Source: Myxococcota bacterium
GTDB taxonomy: Bacteria > Myxococcota_A > UBA796 > CAJQPC01
DNA length: 64,000 nucleotides
Direction: 5' to 3'
Assembly (NCBI GenBank): GCA_036012755.1
Contig: DASCPX010000190.1
Span: 32,001 to 96,000, forward strand
Shown here piece by piece: positions 48,824 through 59,791 of this stretch (its first letter is position 1; every line of letters begins with the position of its first letter). The position numbers and the translations under genes were made by a program. The notes under the pieces were generated by a model. That model was not told the DNA's origin. It did no database searches and saw nothing but the letters and a program-made list of their open reading frames with translations.

Positions 48824-50118
48824 CGGGTCTGCCTCCGCCAGAGTCCGAGCAGCGCCAACAGCGCCAGGAACACTCCGTGGGGACCGCCTCCGCAGCCGCA
48901 GCGACCCTCTGAGGTGTCGGACAGGTCCTTTGGCTGACGGTCGTCATCACCCTCCGAGGTGTCCGAGTCCGTCGGCTCCGGATCGCCGGAGTCGAGGGGA
49001 TCGACCACGGTGCCCGGAAGCTCGAAGCGCAGAGCGTCGAAGGCCAGCTGCCGCCCGAGCTCGCCTTCCTGCTCGTAGGTGTCGCCGACCCGGACCCAGG
49101 ACTCGCCGGAGAAGGTGAACGATCCCAGGAAGTTCCAGGACTCCACGCCGTGGTCGAGGTGGGCCTTTTCGGAGCCGGAGGCGTGGCTCACCTTGTAGAT
49201 GGCGTCGCGGGTGGGGGCCGACAGCCCCTCGGGCACGAAGACCCAGACATCGAAGGTGTCGCTGGCCTCGAAGGTCCAGATGACGCCATCGGCGTAGTCC
49301 GGCGACGGCACGTCGATCTCGCTCCACCAGGCATGCCCGGGTTGGCCGTCGATGTCCCGGTAGTCCTCGCCGGTGAGCGTCACGCAGTCCCCGTCCTCCT
49401 GCAGGATCGAGCCAGCAACCACCTGGCAGAGCTCCGGGTCGGGGTCAGGGTCCTCGACCTCTCCGCCGTTGCTGGACACGAAGTCGTCTCCGAGCGAGAT
49501 GTCGGACTCCCCGTCGATCGGCTCGGCGATGACCGCCCGTCCCCCGTAGGAACCGCCCGCCCCGCTCCCGCCGAAGCCCGCGTCTCGGTGCATGGAGAAG
49601 TGGACGTGCGGCGTAGAGAACGAGGAGCACTCGTCGGACTCCATGCACGACCGACCGAGGGTGCCGATCTCGTCGCCCTGCTTCACGCTGGCCCCTTCGG
49701 AGACCCCGATGCTGTCGAGGTGGGCGTACATCGTCGTGTAGACATGCCCATCACCCGGCTCGTGGCGGATGTAGACGCGCGGTCCGTAGTTGGCCCAGCC
49801 CTCTGTGGCCCAGTCCGCCTCGAGCACCGTGCCGTCGGCGACCGCCAACACAGGCTGGCCGCGGCCGGAGTCCGAGTGGTCGGGGAGGTTGAGATCCAAG
49901 GCGTAGTAGTCGTTGGCGCAGGTGGAGTCCTGGGCCCGACAGTGGAGGGACGAGCCCGCTGAGGGTCCGTAGCCGGCGATCACCCGCTCCTTCTCCCCCT
50001 CCTCGAAGGGAAGACGCACGTCCCACCCAGAGGGCAGGGAGACCGCACCGCTGGAGTGGCGCTCGTCGTATTCACACGACCAGGCGACTCCTGTGGAGAG
50101 GAGCATCACGGCGAACAC
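48820..50118 (-). CDS. M23-family metallopeptidase with C-terminal MYXO-CTERM-like anchor
   Basis: YALD, PVLAVADG, YAHL, PHVHF; ends GRCGCGG..VFLALLALLGLWRR; start approximate. Confidence 0.85.
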   Translation of the reverse strand: MFAVMLLSTGVAWSCEYDERHSSGAVSLPSGWDVRLPFEEGEKERVIAGYGPSAGSSLHCRAQDSTCANDYYALDLNLPDHSDSGRGQPVLAVADGTVLEADWATEGWANYGPRVYIRHEPGDGHVYTTMYAHLDSIGVSEGASVKQGDEIGTLGRSCMESDECSSFSTPHVHFSMHRDAGFGGSGAGGSYGGRAVIAEPIDGESDISLGDDFVSSNGGEVEDPDPDPELCQVVAGSILQEDGDCVTLTGEDYRDIDGQPGHAWWSEIDVPSPDYADGVIWTFEASDTFDVWVFVPEGLSAPTRDAIYKVSHASGSEKAHLDHGVESWNFLGSFTFSGESWVRVGDTYEQEGELGRQLAFDALRFELPGTVVDPLDSGDPEPTDSDTSEGDDDRQPKDLSDTSEGRCGCGGGPHGVFLALLALLGLWRRQTR

Positions 50119-50178
50119 GGACAGGCGGACAGCCTCGGGCCCCGAACCATAGAACAGCCGGGCTGGCTGCACCATCGA

Positions 50179-50877
50179 CTACCGAGCGAGCCAGCCCACG
50201 TACATCGCGTGGAGCTCATCCGCGGCGCTGGACGGATCGTCCGGAGGCGGGAGGGGGGCCTTGATGTCGACCAGGATCCGTCCGGGCCGGATCGTCCAGC
50301 TCCCCTTGGGCAAGCTGTCGGCGGCGCCGCGCACCACCACCGGCAGGATCTCGGCCCCCGCCGCCCGCGCGAGGTGAAAGGGCCCGCGCTTGAAGGGCTG
50401 AAGCCGGCCATCGGGAGAGCGCGTACCCTCCGGGCTGATGAGCACGGTGAGGGCCTGCTCCCGGATTCGGTCCGCCGCGGCGTCGAGGGAGGCGACGGCC
50501 CTCTGACGATCCCCGCGATGGATGAAGATGCTGCCGGCTGCCCAGAAGGCGAGGTTGATCGGGAATATCCAGCGAAGCTCCGCCTTGGCGACGGGACAGA
50601 TCCGCGAGGCCCCCAGGGCGGCGACGAGCGGCATGTCGAGGGTGGATGTGTGGTTGATGACCAGGAGCCGGGGACCATCGGACTGCAGCCGCTCCGCACC
50701 GTCCACGACGAGCTCGAGGCCGCAGAGCCGAAAGCAGGCACGCCCCCAGATCGGCCCCAACCACGAGGCCAGCTGGTGGCGCCGAAGGCCCAGCGTGAGC
50801 ACCGTCCCGACCACGAGGGCGCACGAGGCGAGGGCAGTCACCGACAAGCACAGCGTCCAGCTCAGGACCGTCCTCAC
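50179..50877 (-). CDS. plsC: 1-acyl-sn-glycerol-3-phosphate acyltransferase
   Basis: NHTSTLD, FIHRG, PEGTRS, FKRG. Confidence 0.92.
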   Translation of the reverse strand: MRTVLSWTLCLSVTALASCALVVGTVLTLGLRRHQLASWLGPIWGRACFRLCGLELVVDGAERLQSDGPRLLVINHTSTLDMPLVAALGASRICPVAKAELRWIFPINLAFWAAGSIFIHRGDRQRAVASLDAAADRIREQALTVLISPEGTRSPDGRLQPFKRGPFHLARAAGAEILPVVVRGAADSLPKGSWTIRPGRILVDIKAPLPPPDDPSSAADELHAMYVGWLAR

Positions 50878-50899
50878 GCGACAACGGTATCGTGCTTTC
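50878..50899. promoter_or_regulatory. Putative bidirectional promoter with overlapping -10 hexamers for two leaderless genes
   Basis: TATCGT (+) and TACCGT (-) share a TA, and each lies 6 nt before a GTG start. Confidence 0.55.
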
Positions 50900-51606
50900 G
50901 TGGATCGCTTCGACTTCAGGAACTCGCTGCTCACGGTCATGGAGCGCAAGCACGACCCCCGTTGGGAGAAGTTCACCTCCGGCGAGGTCCCCGCGGAGCT
51001 CCTGCACCACCACCTCGAGCAGGAGTGGGGGGTCTACGTCCGCGACTTCCCGGTCCTCGTCGGCAGGGCCTACGAGCAGTGCCCCATCCCCGAGGTGCGA
51101 CAGGCCCTGGCTGCGAACCTCTACGAGGAGGACACCGGCGGGATCGTCTCGGGCAAGCCCCACCCGGAGCTCTTCCTCGAGTACCCGAGAGGCCTGGGCA
51201 TGGACCTCTCCCGCTTCGAGGAGGTCGAGCTGGTCCCGGACGCGCGGGCCTACAGGGACGTGCTCGACGAGATGTCCCAGAATCGAGGCTGGGCCGTCGC
51301 GGCCGCGGTCGTCACGATCTTCGTCGAGGGCACCCCCTACGACAGACACGTCCTCGAACAGAGCGCTCCGGCTCGACCCACACCGCCCCTGGATCAACAC
51401 CCGCTGGTGCTCCACTACGGCCTGCCGCTCGAGGCCCTGGCCCGGGCCCACCGCAGCGTAGAGGGCGAACACCGCGTCGCCGCCTGGAAGATCGTGCTGG
51501 ACCACACCCCGGAGCAAGAGCACATCTCGGTCCTCGCCGCGATGGACCGGACCCTCGGCGCCTGGCAGTACTACCGGAACGCCGTCGGGCGTCTCTGCGG
51601 AGCCTG

Positions 51607-51607
<1 letters not shown>
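50900..51607 (+). CDS. Heme-oxygenase-like diiron protein (TenA/PqqC/CADD family)
   Basis: NLYEEDTG..HPELF, VE, HRSVEGEH. Confidence 0.82.
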
Positions 51608-52761
<1,154 letters not shown>

Positions 52762-52791
52762 CGAAGCGTAGTCACACGACTACAGATCCCC

Positions 52792-55023
52792 ATGCTCGCG
52801 CTGCTCGCCCTCCTCACTCCGCAAGCCTCCCACCCCGACAACGACGCAGACATCAAGGTCGAGGGTCTGGACGCGCCGGTGACCATCCATCGCGATCGAT
52901 TCGGTGTGCCCCACATCCGCGCCGAGACCGAGCACGACCTCTGGTTCGCCGTCGGCTTCGTGCACGCCCAGGACCGGCTGTGGCAGATGGACCTCGTGCG
53001 GCGGCTCGGGGCCGGACGCGTGAGCGAGTGGCTGGGCGAGGACGCAGTGGAGTTCGACATCTTCATGCGCTCGCTGGAGCTGGAGGAGCGCTACCAGAGG
53101 CGAACGCCGGCGGTCGATCCGGAGATCATCGCCATCGGAGACGCCTACGCCGCTGGCGTGAACGCTGGTGCGGCCTCGCTGCCTGCCCTGCCGGTCGAAT
53201 ACCGCATCCTGGGCGTCGACTTCGAGCCCTGGGCGAGGACCGACGCGATGTCGGCGAGCGTCATCAACTCGTGGACGCTCTCCGAGAACGCTCCAAAGGA
53301 GCTGATCACCCTGCTCTTGAAGGACAGGCTCGACGCCGAGCGTCTCGACGCCCTGTGGCGCTGGGATCCCGAGAGCCCAGAGGTCGACGCCTACTGGGAC
53401 GAGCTCCGCACCTGGGACATCGCGCCGCTGGATGCCCCCTTCGGCGGCCTCGTCGAGTTCCTGTGGGGGGTACACGACCCCACCGCGTCGAACAACTGGG
53501 CCGTGTCCGGGTCGCGGACGGCGGACGGCGAGCCGATCCTCGCCAACGATCCCCACCTGCCGCAGATGGTGCCGAGCGTCTGGTACGTCCTGGAGGGCTC
53601 GGGCGGAGACGTGCACATCGCCGGTGCGTCGCTGGCAGGCACACCCTTCCTGGCGACCGGGCACAACGAGCGCGTCGCCTGGGGCGTGACCAACGTGATG
53701 GCCGACTACGTGGACCTGGCCATCGTCGAGAGGATCGGAGAGGACCGCTACGTGCTCGAAGGGGTGGAGAAGACCCTGCGGCCCGTCTCCGTACAGGTCG
53801 AGGTGAAGGACGGCGAGCCAGTGGACGGTCTCGTCCATTGGACCGAGATCGGACCGGTCATCTCCACCCTGGAGGGCTCGCATCTCGTCGTGCTGCGCTG
53901 GAGCCTCTTCGAGGTGCCAGACCAGACGGCCCCGATGTGGCTGGAGATCCAGAAATCCAGGTCGGTACAGGACGTCGTCGAGGCTGCGAAGCGGCCCTCG
54001 ATGATGGCCCAGAACCTGGTAGCGGCGGACGTCGAGGGCCACATTGCCTGGCAGGCCTTCGGTGGGGTGCCGCGCCGCAAGAACCACACGGGACGGGTCC
54101 CCTACCCGGCGTCGGATCCGGACAGTGGCTGGGAGGGCTGGATCGAGGATCTGCCAGGCGCCGTCGATCCCGCGGAGGGCATCCTCCGCACGGCGAACTC
54201 GCGCCCGGACCATCCCGACGCATGGGCCATCTCGACGTCCTTCATCCCGGACTGGCGAAGTGACCGCATCGCCGAGGTCCTGCTGTCTCGAGACGACCAC
54301 ACGGTGGCGACGATGGAGGAGCTCCAGCGCGACGAGCTCGACACCCACGCGCCCTTCCTCATCCCAATCCTGCTCGACGGCGCCGAGCTGAACCGCTGCG
54401 GGGAGCTCCTGCGGGACTGGGACGGAGACTCCGACAAGGACCGCATCGAGCCCCTGTTGTGGGCCGTCTTCCAGGGCGAGCTCATCGAGGAGGCGTTGCT
54501 GGACGACCTCGGTCCCGGCGGCTTCCGGCTCTACTCGGCGGCGGCGATCAGCGGGCGCTCGGTCCTCGATGTGGACGTCTCCGCCTGGGTCGACGACCAA
54601 CCTGCCGCTGTGGAGGCCGCCCTGGAGCGGACCTGTGAGCGGGTGCACCTGGAGGACACGTGGGGAGCGAGCCACCGCCTGCACATCCGCCACCTGTTCT
54701 CCGACCAGGCGGCGATCCTCGAAGACTGGAGCATGCCAGCGGCACCCTGGGGGGGCTCTCACAACACGGTGAACCAGGCAGGCTACAGCTGGTTCAACGA
54801 CGAGCTCGACGCGACCTGGATCGCGAGCATCCGCGTCGTCACTCCGCTCTCGGACGTCGGCCGCGCCACCTTCACCTACCCGGGCGGCCAGAGCGGCATG
54901 CCCCACCATCCGCACTACGACGACCTCTTCGCCCCCTACGTCGAGGGGGACTCACACCCGCTCTGGTTCTGGGACGAGGACGTCGAGCGCGAGGCCGTGG
55001 AGACCCTGCGCCTCAGCCGTTGA
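52792..55023 (+). CDS. Penicillin acylase/AHL-acylase family Ntn hydrolase
   Basis: RDRFGVPHI, HAQDRLWQMD, ASNNWAV, LANDPHL, TAN, PGGQSG. Confidence 0.93.
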   Translation: MLALLALLTPQASHPDNDADIKVEGLDAPVTIHRDRFGVPHIRAETEHDLWFAVGFVHAQDRLWQMDLVRRLGAGRVSEWLGEDAVEFDIFMRSLELEERYQRRTPAVDPEIIAIGDAYAAGVNAGAASLPALPVEYRILGVDFEPWARTDAMSASVINSWTLSENAPKELITLLLKDRLDAERLDALWRWDPESPEVDAYWDELRTWDIAPLDAPFGGLVEFLWGVHDPTASNNWAVSGSRTADGEPILANDPHLPQMVPSVWYVLEGSGGDVHIAGASLAGTPFLATGHNERVAWGVTNVMADYVDLAIVERIGEDRYVLEGVEKTLRPVSVQVEVKDGEPVDGLVHWTEIGPVISTLEGSHLVVLRWSLFEVPDQTAPMWLEIQKSRSVQDVVEAAKRPSMMAQNLVAADVEGHIAWQAFGGVPRRKNHTGRVPYPASDPDSGWEGWIEDLPGAVDPAEGILRTANSRPDHPDAWAISTSFIPDWRSDRIAEVLLSRDDHTVATMEELQRDELDTHAPFLIPILLDGAELNRCGELLRDWDGDSDKDRIEPLLWAVFQGELIEEALLDDLGPGGFRLYSAAAISGRSVLDVDVSAWVDDQPAAVEAALERTCERVHLEDTWGASHRLHIRHLFSDQAAILEDWSMPAAPWGGSHNTVNQAGYSWFNDELDATWIASIRVVTPLSDVGRATFTYPGGQSGMPHHPHYDDLFAPYVEGDSHPLWFWDEDVEREAVETLRLSR

Positions 55024-56335
55024 CGCGCCAGACGCTCTGGCCGTGCGTGTTCCACCGCACTCGCTCGCCAGGAGTCATCGCCTCGACACCGTCGAGCACC
55101 GAGAACAACATGCCGTCGGCGTCCTGCTCACCCTGCTGCTCCAGAGAACTCCCGAAGAGTCGCGGCCTCAAGGGAATCACCACGCCGTCGTGCTCCATGG
55201 GCGTCTTGCGCAGGGCGTACTCGGTGCGCTCGCTGAAGAGCCGGGCGCCGGTGACCGGGGTCTCCGGCAGGATCACGATGAGGCGGCCCTGGTCGAAGAT
55301 CCCCGCCGCGTCCGAGCTGCGGAAGCCCGCCTGGAACCGCTCTGCGAGGTGCTCGAGGACGAACCGGGCGTCGATCGGGTAGTCGGACGGCTCCACAGCC
55401 ACGGCCACCAGCGACAGGTGGCGCTTGTACCGGCGTGCCCGGGCGACCTCCATGTGGACGCGCTCGAGGACCTCGCCAGGACCCAGCAGGCCACTGGCCG
55501 AGCTGCCGCTGGCAGCCTCCAGCTCCTCCTTGAGCGCCGCCACATCGGAGCGCAGCGTCTCGATGCGTTCGTCGAGCTGCTCTCGCTCGGCAAGGACCTC
55601 TGCGACTGCGGCGACGACGGCACCCGCGTCCGCTCCACGCACCGCTGGAACCGGACGGACGCGAACACCCAGCATCCTGGCGAGCTCGTGGGCCACCCGG
55701 GGGATGCTCCAGGTCTCGTCGCCCCCAGCCTGCGCGAGCACGGCCTCGACCAGGGCGTGAGCGGCCGAACCCGGGACTGGGCGCAGCAAGGCGCTGAGAT
55801 CGTTTGGTATCGACAGCTCCTGGGTCCAGTGGTGCAGAGCTGAGTCCCGCGTGTCACCGAAGACGACCTCCTCCAACAGGGCGCCACCGCCGCTGGCCTC
55901 GAACAGGCGCAGCACCGCAGCGACGGGTGTCCTCCGTTGGAGCAGCAGGCGCTGTCCGAGGCGGGCAGAGAGTCCCACGCTGAGCCCGCTCCACACATCG
56001 AAGCGATGGGCCTCTGCCGCGATCAGGCCGTGTCCGCCGAGGGCGAGGGCCTCTGAGATGCCGTCCTCGTCGAGCTGATCGAGCACCATGTGCCAGAGCG
56101 CCACGTGCTTCACGCGGTCCTGGCCCAGCAGCATCGCGGCCTGTGCGACGCCGGTGGTGGGCCGCCCGGTGCCGAATCGAGTCGAGCCGGCGACGCTCTC
56201 GATGCGCCGGCTGAGAGTCGGCATCGAGTGAGACAGGTCCGCGAGGTCGGACTCTTGCCAGGAACCTCGGAGGAGCCCGTGGAGCGACACTCCGGCCTGC
56301 AGCAAGTGCATCTCGCCTCCCTGTTGGGGAGACAC
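55013..56335 (-). CDS. Degenerate HDOD-like + coiled coil + degenerate GGDEF protein
   Basis: VAQAAMLLG; EVARARRYKRHLSL..RSSDAAGIFDQGRLIVILPET..GA..FSER. Confidence 0.65.
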   Translation of the reverse strand: MSPQQGGEMHLLQAGVSLHGLLRGSWQESDLADLSHSMPTLSRRIESVAGSTRFGTGRPTTGVAQAAMLLGQDRVKHVALWHMVLDQLDEDGISEALALGGHGLIAAEAHRFDVWSGLSVGLSARLGQRLLLQRRTPVAAVLRLFEASGGGALLEEVVFGDTRDSALHHWTQELSIPNDLSALLRPVPGSAAHALVEAVLAQAGGDETWSIPRVAHELARMLGVRVRPVPAVRGADAGAVVAAVAEVLAEREQLDERIETLRSDVAALKEELEAASGSSASGLLGPGEVLERVHMEVARARRYKRHLSLVAVAVEPSDYPIDARFVLEHLAERFQAGFRSSDAAGIFDQGRLIVILPETPVTGARLFSERTEYALRKTPMEHDGVVIPLRPRLFGSSLEQQGEQDADGMLFSVLDGVEAMTPGERVRWNTHGQSVWRVNG

Positions 56336-56341
56336 ATCGGA

Positions 56342-57283
56342 TCACCGCAGGCGGTGGTTTAGCACCAGCTCCCTGCCGACCACGACCTCGATGGTGACGG
56401 CCTCTGTCGGCGGCCTGAACTCGCGCGCCGTAGCCTCCGCCAAGAGCCGTCCGTCCTCGTCGAAGGCGGACCACTCGCGCAGGGGCTCACCCTCGTCCCA
56501 GCCCTCTGCTGGCGCCCTGAACACCTCTCCGAGCTGGAGCTCCGCGCGGAACTCGGTGGTCGGATGGACAGCGGCGCTGCGTCCGGGCTCGAAGAACGCG
56601 GCCTCGAGCGGATCGTCCCGCCAGTCACAGTGGACGTGGGAATCGTAGTAGCCGACGTAGCCAGCGCCGAGGTCCTCGCAGATCTCGCCGAGGTCGCCGA
56701 GGCTTGCGCTCGAGGACTTCATGTCACAGGCGTCCCCGTACATGTGGCGGCTGTACTCCGCGCCCCCCACCGAGGCGTTGTAGCTGACGTTGCGGTAGCC
56801 CGAGTTGACCGTGACGGCCCCGCCCACCCGGTCGCGGATCTGCTGCATCCTGGCCACCGCGTGGGGTTGGTAGATGGCGAAGCGGCCCTTCCACTCCTGC
56901 ATGAACTCGTCCACCACGAAGTTCGGCGCGAGCGCGAGGTCAGGATCGGCGGCGCTCAGATCGATGAACCGAAGCGGCTTCAGGTACTGCGAGGAGCCGT
57001 TGTAGGGGTCCGGGTAGTCGTAGTCCGAGCCCCACGCGTCGTCCCAGTCGACGACCTCGAGACAGGTGGTCCAGCTCTCGTCCGCCCCGGGGAAGCAGGC
57101 CTCCTGCCCGGAGGGATCCGGCTCGATGGGCTCTCCCGTGTCGCCCGTGTCTCCTGGACCGGTGTCCTCTGGAGGCTCGCGCTGGTCTTCGATCTCCTCC
57201 GTGTCGTCGGGTCCCGGCGGCCCCTGGCGTGGAGGCCGGGTCGTCGTGTCGTCCGAGGCCACACAGGCGAAGAGCAGGATCAC
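56342..57283 (-). CDS. Lipoprotein, peptidase M15A (D-Ala-D-Ala peptidase-like)
   Basis: MILLFAC; NF..DEF, VNSGYR..N..VGGA..SRHMYGDACD, HVHCDWR. Confidence 0.88.
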   Translation of the reverse strand: MILLFACVASDDTTTRPPRQGPPGPDDTEEIEDQREPPEDTGPGDTGDTGEPIEPDPSGQEACFPGADESWTTCLEVVDWDDAWGSDYDYPDPYNGSSQYLKPLRFIDLSAADPDLALAPNFVVDEFMQEWKGRFAIYQPHAVARMQQIRDRVGGAVTVNSGYRNVSYNASVGGAEYSRHMYGDACDMKSSSASLGDLGEICEDLGAGYVGYYDSHVHCDWRDDPLEAAFFEPGRSAAVHPTTEFRAELQLGEVFRAPAEGWDEGEPLREWSAFDEDGRLLAEATAREFRPPTEAVTIEVVVGRELVLNHRLR

Positions 57284-59784
57284 CGCAGACTCCCACCGTC
57301 GTGGGCCAAGGTCGTGCCGTCTTCGTAGAAGAGCCGCTCTTCGACGAAGGAGCCGTCCGGAGCGAAGAAGCGCAGGGCGCCGCTGCCATAGCCGACGACG
57401 GTTGATCCATCGCCACGCTGAACGATATCACTGACTTGGGAGCCATCTCCGGCCAGTCCAGCGAGCACCTCACCTGTCCTGACGTCGACGAGGAAGACAA
57501 AGCCGCTGGAGGTACCGACCGCCGCGACGTTGCCACCAGGAGCGCTGGTGAGGCCGGGGATCTGCGCGCAGCGATGGGCCACCTGGCCGAGCGTGCTCAG
57601 GTCGGACTCGAAGACCCTGCCGGCCGGATCGACGATGAAGAGCGTGGACTCGGAACCCCACCCGTACTCGGCGGCGAGGACGCGCGAGCCGTCCGGACAG
57701 TCGACGATCGGACCGCTGAGCGCCCTCCTCTGGCGCCGCTTCAGCTTCGCGCCGGGCACGTCCATCTCCCACCCGAGCGAGCGGGACTCGTCGACGTCCC
57801 ACGCTGGGGGGCCCTCCTGCCTCTCCCCGGTCGAGAGATCCCAGGCGTAGCGCGGTGCCTCGCCAGACTCGGCGCCCACCCCTGCGAGGCTGCCGTCTGG
57901 CAGGAAGGCGAGCTCCAGCACGCCCTCGTCGGAGAGCACGCGGGTGGCCCCGGTCTGTGGATCGAAGACCCGCACCCCGAAGGCATGGGAGACGGCGATG
58001 CTGCCCTGGTGCTCATCGATGCCCCAGACCTCGGGCAAGGCACCGGTGAGCACATCGAGGCTGTCGCCGTTGGACCACACGACCTGTCCGAGCGTGTTGG
58101 CCAGCAGCAGGCCGCCCCCGCCGTCGACGGCCAGGCTCGTCACGGAGCTCCCCATCGTTCCACCACCCCAGGTGACCTCGCCAAGCGAGGTGCCGTCGAG
58201 GTCGCGTGCCTCGGCCTGTCCCTCCCAGTTCATCAGCGCGACGGCGCGGCCATCTCCGGAGATGGCGCCGAGCACCGGGCTCTCGTAGGCCGTGTCCGCG
58301 TCGTCACCCTCTGGCCGCCAGAGGTGTGCACCGGTCGAGTCGACGACCACGACACCGTCATCGACCACGCGCAGCGCGGTCGGAATGCTGCCCCACACCT
58401 CGACGGGATGGCGCGTGGCCAGGACAACGCCGCTCTCAGCGTCCCAGAAGGTGATGTTGCCGCTCCAGTCAGCGGTCACGAGGCGGGTCCCTCCGTGGCC
58501 GACCGCGAGGAGACCCGGAGGCGTCATGGGGAGCTCCGCGACGAGCTCGCCGTCACTGCTCCAGGTCCGCAGCCAGGAGTCGGAGGCGACCGCATAGCTG
58601 GCGTCAGGGCCCACCGCGACAACCGTCTGGGACGTCGAGCCCGGAACCAGGCCCCCGATGCGCTCGCCGGTAGAGAGGTCGATGCGCTGAGCGGCCCCCT
58701 TGTCGTCGGCGACCAGCACCCAGGACAGCTCCGGTGAGACCGCCACTCGCTGGGTTCCCCAGCCGGCCTGCACGGGCAGGTGGTGCCGACGTCGAATGGC
58801 CCCCGTGTCGAGGTCCCAGACGACGGCGTCGCCATCGCTCCAGACAGCGAGCCCCCGGTCTCCGGGGACATCCACCGCGAGGACGAGGGCCGGGCTGCCA
58901 GGCGCTGCGCCGAGCTCCAGCGGAGGCCGAACCGGGACCTCGTGGACCTGGACGATGCCGTCCATCATCGCGACGGCGATGCGGTCCTCTTCGGGGCTGA
59001 AGGCCATGGACTGGACCATGCCCGTGCCACCTCGAAGCGTGGCTCGAAGCTGGCCGGTCTGGTGTTCCCAGAGCTCGACGCCGGAGCCGCTGGCGTCGAC
59101 GACCGCGACCAGGTCCGCGCTGGTCGCGAAGGTGGCGCTGGAGCCGTTGCCAAAGCCCAGGGTCCGGCGGCTCCCATCCAGGCCGACATACTCGCTGGCC
59201 CGACCGTAGTCGAAGAGCACGAAGCCGTCGCCGGCGGGCTTCACCGCCCAGCCCGCGGCGTTGGTGTGGAGCACCGTCTCGCCGCTGAGTGCATAGATGT
59301 GGAGCCGTCCGTTCTCCCAGAAATACGGAGTGCCGTCGAGGTACCCGAAGGCGTCAGGGCCGTTGGCCCAGAGATCCGTGGCCACGACGCGCTCGGCCCC
59401 GTCCACGTTGCGCTCCAGGAGCCCACCCGCGGAGACCAGGTAGCGCCCGCCCTCTCCCGCGACGACCACGGGGACGGACCAGCGGTCGGGCTTGGGCACC
59501 TTGGCCAGCCGCTTCCCGTCTGTCACGTCGTAGAGGCCAGGGCGCCCTCGCCAGGACTGGGTGGAAAGCAACGCCCCGTCCGCGGACAGCGTGATGTTGC
59601 TGGTGTTGAAGCCAACGTCGAAGCTGCTGATCTCGTTCAACTCTTCGTCATAGACACGGACCAGGCCAGAGGAGCCGAGCGCCGCGATGTGGTCCCCTTC
59701 CCAGTGGAGGATCCAGGTCGGATCGAAGGTGGTCTCGACGACATGCAGCGGCGCCGCGAAGGCCGTGCTCAGCAGCAGGATCAT
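57280..59784 (-). CDS. Exported WD40-repeat beta-propeller protein
   Basis: MILLLSTAFA; repeats VQSMAFSPE..DG.V, DG..VVWDL, G.ITFWD. Confidence 0.8.
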   Translation of the reverse strand: MILLLSTAFAAPLHVVETTFDPTWILHWEGDHIAALGSSGLVRVYDEELNEISSFDVGFNTSNITLSADGALLSTQSWRGRPGLYDVTDGKRLAKVPKPDRWSVPVVVAGEGGRYLVSAGGLLERNVDGAERVVATDLWANGPDAFGYLDGTPYFWENGRLHIYALSGETVLHTNAAGWAVKPAGDGFVLFDYGRASEYVGLDGSRRTLGFGNGSSATFATSADLVAVVDASGSGVELWEHQTGQLRATLRGGTGMVQSMAFSPEEDRIAVAMMDGIVQVHEVPVRPPLELGAAPGSPALVLAVDVPGDRGLAVWSDGDAVVWDLDTGAIRRRHHLPVQAGWGTQRVAVSPELSWVLVADDKGAAQRIDLSTGERIGGLVPGSTSQTVVAVGPDASYAVASDSWLRTWSSDGELVAELPMTPPGLLAVGHGGTRLVTADWSGNITFWDAESGVVLATRHPVEVWGSIPTALRVVDDGVVVVDSTGAHLWRPEGDDADTAYESPVLGAISGDGRAVALMNWEGQAEARDLDGTSLGEVTWGGGTMGSSVTSLAVDGGGGLLLANTLGQVVWSNGDSLDVLTGALPEVWGIDEHQGSIAVSHAFGVRVFDPQTGATRVLSDEGVLELAFLPDGSLAGVGAESGEAPRYAWDLSTGERQEGPPAWDVDESRSLGWEMDVPGAKLKRRQRRALSGPIVDCPDGSRVLAAEYGWGSESTLFIVDPAGRVFESDLSTLGQVAHRCAQIPGLTSAPGGNVAAVGTSSGFVFLVDVRTGEVLAGLAGDGSQVSDIVQRGDGSTVVGYGSGALRFFAPDGSFVEERLFYEDGTTLAHDGGSLR

Positions 59785-59791
59785 GTGAACC

